Source of the DNA: Octopus sinensis
Lineage: Eukaryota
Direction: 5' to 3'
Assembly: GCF_006345805.1 (NCBI RefSeq)
Contig: NW_021829377.1
Location: forward strand, 1 to 6,346
DNA: 6,346 bases
Position 1 is the first letter of the stretch; every line of letters starts with the position of its first letter. The notes under the pieces are model-generated. The model was given only the letters and a program-made list of their open reading frames with translations, searched no databases and was not told the DNA's origin. The translations under genes were made by a program, and so were the position numbers. Shown one piece after another: positions 1 through 5,979 of this stretch.

Positions 1-198
1 CTTACTCTCACAAAGCCAAACTCTACGTAGCCCTCATTAATTGGGGTGCTATTTCGTGAAGAATGTTTTAGGGGTAGCTTTAACCGTGCCTCCACTTGTT
101 TCTAAGTCAATAGGTTGGGTACAGAGCAGTAATAGGAAAATGAAAATGGCAATAGGAATAATTTCTTATTCCATTATCATCTTAAATTTATATATATA

Positions 199-497
199 CT
201 AGCAGTATCGCCCGGCGTTGCTCGGGTTTGTAAGGGAAATAACTATATAAGCATTTTTAGAGAGTTACTTCCCTTATATAATAGCAAAAAATGCATTAAA
301 AATCGGAAAAAAATGATAGTAAATTTTTTTTTAAATTGTAGACTCATCGTAGACGCGCGCTAATACCCAGAAGGGCTCGATATGAATCACGACTATAAGA
401 TACCCGGTTTTGGTTAAACTGCACCGCAAAATGTGGGAGTAGTTAGGAATCTAAATCGTAGGAGACAGACACACGACTTCACTTTTATATATAAAGA
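199..497 (-). mobile_element. Non-autonomous Helitron (Lep1-like mini-element), apparently full length, 299 bp
   Basis: The minus strand reads A|TCTTTATATATAAAAG...CCCGAGCAACGCCGGG-CGATACTG-CTAG|T. It has a 5' TC terminus (497-496), a 3' CTAG terminus (202-199), a GC-rich subterminal hairpin (211-226) 8 nt before CTAG, and sits between A and T. These are the canonical Helitron hallmarks. No Rep/helicase coding sequence. Confidence 0.78.
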
Positions 498-578
498 TAT
501 ATATATATATATGTGTGTGTTTGTGTGTGAAGTGTGTGTGTGTGTGTGTGTTGTGTGTGTGTGTGTGTGTGTGTGTAT
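498..578. repeat. (TA)n followed by interrupted (TG)n microsatellite
   Basis: Direct inspection; produces the spurious VCVC ORF 433-645. Confidence 0.97.
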
Positions 579-804
579 AGTTCAAATTTGTAGAAAACAA
601 AGGCCGAAGATAGGTCTATTAACAAGAAGCAGGTATATTAATTAGTTTAATGCTCGGAGGGAATGGAAAAGTCTTTTAAGTGTCGAGTCTACGGTCTTTG
701 ACAAACAGGATTATAAGGTAAAAAAATAATAATAATAACGTAGAGAGAATGACAAAAACGAAGAGTGAAAAATGTGCAGAGTTCAACGTTCCACCATGGC
801 AATG

Positions 805-1119
805 CATACATACATACATACATACATACATACATACATACATACACACACATACATACACACACACATACATACATACATACATACACACACATACATA
901 CATACATACATACATACATACATACATACATACATACATACACATACATACATACATACATACACACCACCACATACATACATACATTCATACATACATA
1001 CATACATACATACATACATACATACAACATACATACATACATACATACATACATACTTTATACATACATACTCCACATACATACATATATACATACATAC
1101 ATGCATACATACACATACA

Positions 1120-1155
<36 letters not shown>

Positions 1156-1161
1156 TATATA
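805..1161. repeat. Long (CATA)n tetranucleotide microsatellite with CA interruptions, ending in (TA)n
   Basis: About 340 bp of TACATACA repeats; explains six overlapping HTYI/MYVC ORFs in the track. Confidence 0.98.
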
Positions 1162-1525
1162 ATTTTCGGTTAATAAGTTGGCGGTTTTTATTGTAGCCAA
1201 CGAAGGACTGCGTCTGTGCAGTAAATTTGGAAAGTTAGCCCGTATAAACACGAGACAGGTAGCCTTGTTTGTCTCGTGTGGATATGTTTAGCACTAGGTT
1301 GGACCTGCTGAAGAAAATCAAACCTTGTGAGTTCTCCATGACTCACTAAAAGATGATTAGAAACCAATTGGTCCAGGAAACTAGATAGTAAATGTTTTTC
1401 CTTTCCCAATTTATTCCTGCCGAATTTTATCCCGAATTTTTGTGGTCATAGAACTTAGCTGTTCTTTCTTATGCGTAGAATCCCTGTAAGTGGATTCTCT
1501 ATGTGTTTAAATATACACTATATCG

Positions 1526-1557
1526 TATATATATATATATAATATATATATATATAG

Positions 1558-1626
<69 letters not shown>
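1526..1626. repeat. (TA)n microsatellite
   Basis: Direct inspection; near-pure TA with a few interruptions. Confidence 0.98.
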
Positions 1627-1628
<2 letters not shown>

Positions 1629-1778
1629 AATCAAAGTACATAAATGTAATCCATGGTAGAAAGAATTCCGCGAATTGGGTACTCCAAAGTCAGTCAGAAA
1701 GTAACCACAAAAAAATAACAATGAGAGGACGTGGTACATGTAAAGTGTTAGCAGACGCTCAGGGAAGAAAGAAAGATA

Positions 1779-1813
1779 GTTTAACATTTCGAGCAGAACT
1801 CTTCTTCAGGAAC
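1779..1813 (-). ncRNA. Degenerate minimal type I hammerhead ribozyme motif, Penelope-element type
   Basis: The minus strand reads gttc-CUGAAGA-a-gag(uucug)cuc-GAAA-UGU-U-aaac. It has the CUGANGA and GAAA core boxes, a short helix II, a vestigial helix III (AUGU where a self-complementary ACGU would be expected) and helix I gttc/aaac with one mismatch. Minimal hammerheads of this layout are known from Penelope-like element terminal repeats. Confidence 0.55.
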
Positions 1814-1929
1814 AGAGGAAAGTCTAATAGAAAAGGAAGACGGAGGAAGAAATTCGATTCACACGTAACCACATCGTTGGCGATTTTCTTCCCCCTTCTT
1901 CCTTTTCTGTCGCACAAAATGATTAAGTA

Positions 1930-2940
1930 ATTAGTATCTGCAACTATCGAAATATATTTCTATATATCTCAAATAATATTAAGTCAAACTCGTTTGTGTC
2001 GAAGGCAATCTTTAGCTATTATAATAACATACAACAATAATATATATGTATATAATTAAGTATCAGGGTCTTACTCTATCTAGAAACTGTAATAAAACGT
2101 GTAAAAATATAAATGATAATTATATATTTAATATATAATAACTCTTATATTTATTTAAAGTTATTGGTATAAAAAGATTGTTTAAAGTAACTAATAAAAA
2201 ATGCTCTTTATTTATTGTTTATCGGAGAGAGAATTCCGAAATACATATGAAGATAAATTTAGAGCTACAACACTATAATTTAAAATATCCCATAGATATA
2301 GAGTTAGGCTATAATGATGGATATCAAAACATTTCTAGTATTTTTTAGAAATAATCAGATTTGAAGTTACTTAAATAAGGATTATTATTTGTATATTATG
2401 GAAGGGAGAACGCGGTAAAAAAAAAAAGTAATATAAACAAAAACAAGGATTGAGAATTGGTCCTCGATAATTATAATTAATATTATCATTTTTTAATTAA
2501 ATGACTGTATATAATATATATCCAAATTTTATCAATTCTTTCATATGTAAAAAAATAATATTGTTGTAATAAGATTACAAGTTATAAATTATACAATACT
2601 ATAAAAATAATTACTGTGGTTATTAAATTTAGTTAGTAAGTCAAAAACTATTTATTTATTATTATCATTATCATCATTATTATTATTGTTATAATTATCA
2701 TCAATTAATTAATAAACTAAATGAATGTATTTATACATACAATTATTTAGTATAATGAAGACAACTTATTTGTAATATGTAATTAATATTTGATTACTAA
2801 TATAATGATGTATTTTACAGTAACTACAAGGATATGCATTAAGAAGATTCAAAATTCTGAATTAATCCACTAAAAAATTAATTCCCCAAATTCAACATTA
2901 TCATATAGATTAAGATGACAAAACTTAATAAACAGGCATA
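1930..2940. other. Very AT-rich low-complexity non-coding tract (intronic or intergenic)
   Basis: Dense stop codons in all frames, short ATT/ATC runs (about 2655-2690), no ORF in the track and no recognisable homology. Confidence 0.7.
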
Positions 2941-2970
2941 TATACATACACACACAGATACATATATATA

Positions 2971-3188
2971 TTATTTCTTTATTGCCCACAAGGGGCTAAA
3001 CATAGAGGGGACAAACAAGGACAGACAAAGGGATTAAGTCGATTATATCGACTCCAGAACGTAACTGGTACTTATTTAATCGACCCTGAAAGGATGAAAG
3101 GCAAAGTCAACCTCGGCGGAATATGAACTCAGAACGTAACGGCAGACAAAATACCGCTAAGCATTTCGCCCTGCGTGCTAACGATTCT
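2971..3188 (-). mobile_element. tRNA-derived SINE, 5' head slightly truncated
   Basis: The minus strand starts agaatcgttagcacgcagggcgaaatgcttagcggtatttt (remnant A-box region). It has a B-box-like GAGTTCATATTCC (3130-3118), then a body gcctttcatcctttcagggtcgattaaataagtaccag...ctggagtcgatataatcgact and an A-rich end aataaagaaataa. Matches my recollection of an abundant octopus SINE family (not database-verified). Confidence 0.78.
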
Positions 3189-3201
3189 AATGCATACACT
3201 C

Positions 3202-3236
<35 letters not shown>

Positions 3237-3246
3237 ATATATATAC
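3202..3246. repeat. (TA)n microsatellite
   Basis: Direct inspection. Confidence 0.95.
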
Positions 3247-3287
3247 TCATGCATGTGCACTCGCACATTAGAAAAATAAGCCTATAT

Positions 3288-3503
3288 ATTAAAAAATCCA
3301 TAATTTCTTTAAAAGATTTGGTTTATCTCGTTAACTACCTGGATGTTAATCTGAAGCTTGTTACTGGCTTACACAGTCCGTATCATAAACCCAACAATAA
3401 TTCTAAATATATCAACCTTCATAGTGACCTTCTTAAAGCGATCACAAGAACTTTGGTCAATAACATTTCGAGACGTGTTTCGAATTTAACCTCTGGTAAG
3501 GAG
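3288..3503 (+). mobile_element. Penelope-like retroelement RT C-terminal (thumb) fragment, degenerate
   Basis: 3330-3503 translates to VNYLDVNLKLVTGLHSPYHKPNNNSKYINLHSDLLKAITRTLVNNISRRVSNLTSGKE. This follows the PLE RT end pattern FLDVxLxL..G...PYRKPN...YI...SNHP..I......I.RR.S.LSS..E. A frameshifted upstream remnant (IKKSII / FFKRFGL) starts near 3288. It lies in the 3' half of ORF 3123-3518, whose 5' half is SINE and TA repeat. Confidence 0.75.
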
Positions 3504-3505
3504 CA

Positions 3506-3700
3506 GCAATTTTGCTAATCAACTTCAAAAAAGGACGTAAAGCAGCAGAAACTGCTCGCGATATCAACGAAACGTTTGCTGAGGAAATGACCAGTGAGTG
3601 GTCAGCTCGAAAATAGTTTAAACGATTTCGCAGTGGAGATCTGAGTTTTGAAGATCGTGAGCGTAGTAGACGCCCATCTGTCATTGATGACGGTCAATAA
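3506..3700 (+). mobile_element. Mariner-family transposase N-terminal HTH fragment (Hsmar1/SETMAR-like), pseudogenised
   Basis: Translates to AILLINFKKGRKAAETARDINETFAEEMTSEWSARK*FKRFRSGDLSFEDRERSRRPSVIDDGQ*. This matches the mariner pattern AIFLFEFKxGRKAAETxRNIN..F......W/WFKKF..GD.SLEDEERSGRP...D. TAG at 3614-3616 replaces the conserved TGG (W of WF), and TAA occurs at 3698-3700. No TIRs or DD34D domain seen. Not shown in the ORF track. Confidence 0.9.
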
Positions 3701-3732
3701 ATTATGAAGTATTCTGGGTAATAATGAATGAT

Positions 3733-3782
3733 AAAAGAGAAATTAGAATGCAAAAATCGCTATTTATTCTAATTTCTCTTTT
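3733..3782. repeat. Perfect 17-bp inverted repeat with 16-nt spacer
   Basis: AAAAGAGAAATTAGAAT (3733-3749) and ATTCTAATTTCTCTTTT (3766-3782) are exact reverse complements; the spacer is GCAAAAATCGCTATTT. Confidence 0.92.
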
Positions 3783-3825
3783 CTCACTCTTTTCTCTAAT
3801 TTTTCACCGACGGGTGAGTCCATCA

Positions 3826-3975
3826 TATATAGATACATATATGCACATAAATATACATATATGCAGACATGTATATAAGCATAAATTATATATATATATG
3901 TATATGTGTACATATATATATATATACATACATACATACTAGATACACACACATACACACATACGTACACACACA

Positions 3976-4042
<67 letters not shown>
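3826..4042. repeat. Compound degenerate (TA)/(TACA) to (CA)n microsatellite
   Basis: Direct inspection. Confidence 0.95.
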
Positions 4043-4076
4043 AAGTGATGAGTGTTGCAATGGCCTCTACACTTAC

Positions 4077-4148
4077 GTTCCTAAGTTTGATCAGTAATAA
4101 ATTAGGAAGATAGCGTTGAAATGATGATGATGGCGAAATGTCAGCCAT
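4077..4148 (-). CDS. Speculative first coding exon of an unidentified minus-strand gene (MADISPSSSFQRYLPNLLLIKLRN)
   Basis: ATG in an AAAATGG context at 4148-4146, 24 open codons, then a GTAAGT donor (4076-4071) at phase 0. It lies in unique sequence between microsatellites. No protein homology recognised. Confidence 0.22.
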
Positions 4149-4364
4149 TTTGTATTCGAATTTTTCCTGATTGAGAGCCCTCTCTTCATCGTGTTCTAAA
4201 TTTCTTCTTTCTTTCCATTCTCCCACACCTACAATCTTTTACTCTTACTTTCTCGCTCTTTTTCCCCCTCTCTCTAATTTTTTTCTTTTCGTCTCCTATA
4301 TCTCTCTCCATTACTGTCACCCTCTCACCGAATTACAATTTAGCATTCCCATCCTCATTAAAAC

Positions 4365-4380
4365 AACCACACACACAACA

Positions 4381-4411
<31 letters not shown>

Positions 4412-4480
4412 CACCAAACACACACACCAGATCACCACACGCACACACCACACAGATCACACACACACATACACAACACA
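4365..4480. repeat. Degenerate (CA)n microsatellite
   Basis: Direct inspection. Confidence 0.93.
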
Positions 4481-4530
4481 TTCCCATGCTACAGTTTATC
4501 TTACAACACAAATCATAGAGCATGCACAAC

Positions 4531-4730
4531 ACGTCACCTATCACATGATGCGTCACATGATACGTCACATGATAGCGTGTCATAAAGACAATAACTGACA
4601 ACCCGCCCACATGCGTATCATCCGTCCATCTTTTCTAATGACGGATCGATTGAGAACCTCTCCTGCAGAGCCCTCTCGTGGACTTTAGCCATTCCACTCA
4701 CGTAACATTGGCTCCTATTGGCGCATGCGC
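4531..4730. promoter_or_regulatory. Promoter/enhancer-like motif cluster
   Basis: Three TCACATGA E-boxes at exact 12-bp spacing (4541, 4553, 4565), with overlapping (A/G)CGTCAC CRE-like half sites (4531, 4550, 4562). Also a GC box CCCGCCC (4602-4608), two ATTGG reverse CCAAT boxes 10 bp apart (4707, 4717) and the palindrome GCGCATGCGC, an NRF-1-type site (4721-4730). CpG is visibly more frequent than in the AT-rich flanks. Motif matches only; function is inferred. Confidence 0.45.
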
Positions 4731-4844
4731 ATTTTGTTGCTGGTAAGAACCAAGGGCGCTGGCGAAGGTAGGGTGGAGGCAGTTTAATATCAACCTCTAT
4801 TCCCCTCGCGCTTCTTGTTATTTCTCTATCAAACTGTAGTGACT

Positions 4845-5384
4845 GTGGTAGTGGTGGTAGTGGTGGTGGTGGTAATTTCGAGGAAGAAGGGGTGTGTCGG
4901 CGGTGATAACAATGGTTGTGTTAGTGGCTGTGGTGATAGTGGTGATAGTGATAGTGATGGTGGTGGCGGTGATGGTGGTGGTGGTGTTGGAAGACGTGGT
5001 GTGGTGATCACAGAGACGGTGGTGATGTTTGTGGAAACAGTGGTGTTGATGGAGGGGGATGGTAGTTTTAATGGTCACAGTGGTTGCGGTAATGACGATG
5101 GTGGTGATAGCGATGGTAGTGGCGGTGATGGCGATGGTGGTTATAGCGATGGTAGTGGCGGTGATGGCGATGGTGGTTATAGCGATGGTAGTGGCGGTAA
5201 TGACGATGGTGGTGATAGCGATGGTAGTGGCGGTGATGGCGATGGTGGTTATAGCGATGGTGGTGGCGGTGATGGCGATGGTGGTGGCGGTGATGGCGCT
5301 GGTGGTGGCGGTGATGGCGATGGTGGTTATAGCGATGGTGGTGGCGGTGATGGCGATGGTGGTGGCGGTGATGGCTGTGGCAGT
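4845..5384. repeat. (GGT/GAT/AGT)-type triplet low-complexity tract with a 36-nt/21-nt higher-order minisatellite (5085-5384)
   Basis: 36-nt units such as GGCGGTGATGGCGATGGTGGTTATAGCGATGGTAGT start at 5085, 5121, 5157, 5193, 5229 and 5307. 21-nt units (GGCGGTGATGGCGATGGTGGT type) start at 5265, 5286, 5343 and 5364. Confidence 0.93.
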
Positions 5385-5671
5385 TGCATAGTTTGTAGGG
5401 GTGGTGTTGATGGTGTCTCATACGTGATGTTAATAAGGTCGCTGTTTTGTATCGTTGATGTGTTTCCTGTTTGCCATTGTGGTCTGGTGCATAGTAGACT
5501 GGGAAGCCCAGTGAACGAAGGGGATACGGGTTCAAATCTGGATGTCTCTATTTAAAGCATACATATACATTCTCTTTCTCTCTCTACGTCTCACTTATTC
5601 ATTTAATCTGTCTTTCTATTCCGCATTCTGCTTGACGCACATACCCCACCCCAAAGTTTGTATTTGTTTTT

Positions 5672-5883
5672 TGTGTCTATGTTTGTCCCACACCACCATC
5701 GCTTGACAACCGATATTGGTGTGTTTACGTCCCCGTTAGTTAGCGGTTCGGCAAAAAGAAACCGATAGAATAAGTACTAGGCTTACAAAGAATATGTCCT
5801 GGGGTCGATTTGTTCGACTAAAGGTGGTGCTCCAGCATGGCTGCAGTCAAATGACTGAAACAAGTAAGAGAATTAAAAGAATA
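5672..5883 (+). mobile_element. 3' body and tail of a second SINE-like interspersed repeat
   Basis: gtttgtcc...catcgcttgacaaccgatattggtgtgtttacgtccccg...cggttcggcaaaaagaaaccgatagaataagtactaggcttacaaagaat..tcctggggtcgatttgttcgactaaagg...cagtcaaatgactgaaacaagtaagagaattaaaagaata. Resembles the 3' half of an abundant octopus SINE family as I recall it, shares a core motif with the SINE at 2971-3188, and has an A-rich repetitive end. Confidence 0.68.
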
Positions 5884-5979
5884 ATAGAAAAGATTATTAA
5901 TTATAGTAGTTGGCCAATGTATTGTCATTAATGCTGTCGTGAACTTTCGTTGTTATTGTTACTGTTGTTACTTGTACAG

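Noticed and set aside
1-60. Minus-strand INEGYVEFGF resembles the Y..Y..FGF motif at the start of some hAT (Buster/ZBED-type) transposases
   Set aside because: The match is too short and is cut by the window edge, with a stop codon shortly upstream; it cannot be supported.
433-1251. Multiple long overlapping ORFs (HTYI, MYVC, VCVC repeats)
   Set aside because: They are translations of (TG)n and (CATA)n microsatellites, which lack stop codons in most frames.
1721-1930. 69-aa basic ORF (MRGRGTCK...)
   Set aside because: It is purine-rich sequence antisense to the putative PLE terminal/hammerhead relic, with no recognisable domain.
2859-2884. 8-bp inverted repeat GAATTAAT/ATTAATTC and many TAAT/ATTA homeodomain-like sites in the AT-rich tract
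   Set aside because: Expected by chance at this AT content. I saw no exact TAAT-N3-ATTA paired-class dimer site to suggest autoregulation.
3123-3518. 131-aa ORF as a real gene
   Set aside because: It is a chance fusion of antisense SINE head, (TA)n repeat and decayed PLE RT sequence. Only the 3' part has protein homology, as a relic.
4169-4184. GATTGAGAGCCCTCTC partly recurs at 4648-4677 (GATTGAGA and AGAGCCCTCTC)
   Set aside because: Only an 8-mer and an 11-mer are shared with no extended similarity; not enough to call a duplication.
3724-4610. Several 63-115 aa ORFs with HTHT/CVCV tracts
   Set aside because: Driven by CA/TA microsatellites and TC-rich low complexity, and several start at non-ATG codons that are not relevant for a eukaryote.
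4595-4705. Frame containing DGSIENLS, resembling an octapeptide/eh1 motif
   Set aside because: It lacks the leading H/F and the ILG ending, is closed by stops with no ATG, and the nearby donor (4701/4702) is phase 2, incompatible with the homeobox exon.
4541-5384. Regular repeats considered as a CRISPR-like array or other prokaryotic system
   Set aside because: The units are directly tandem with no unique spacers, there are no cas-like genes, and the context is clearly a eukaryotic spliced-gene locus.
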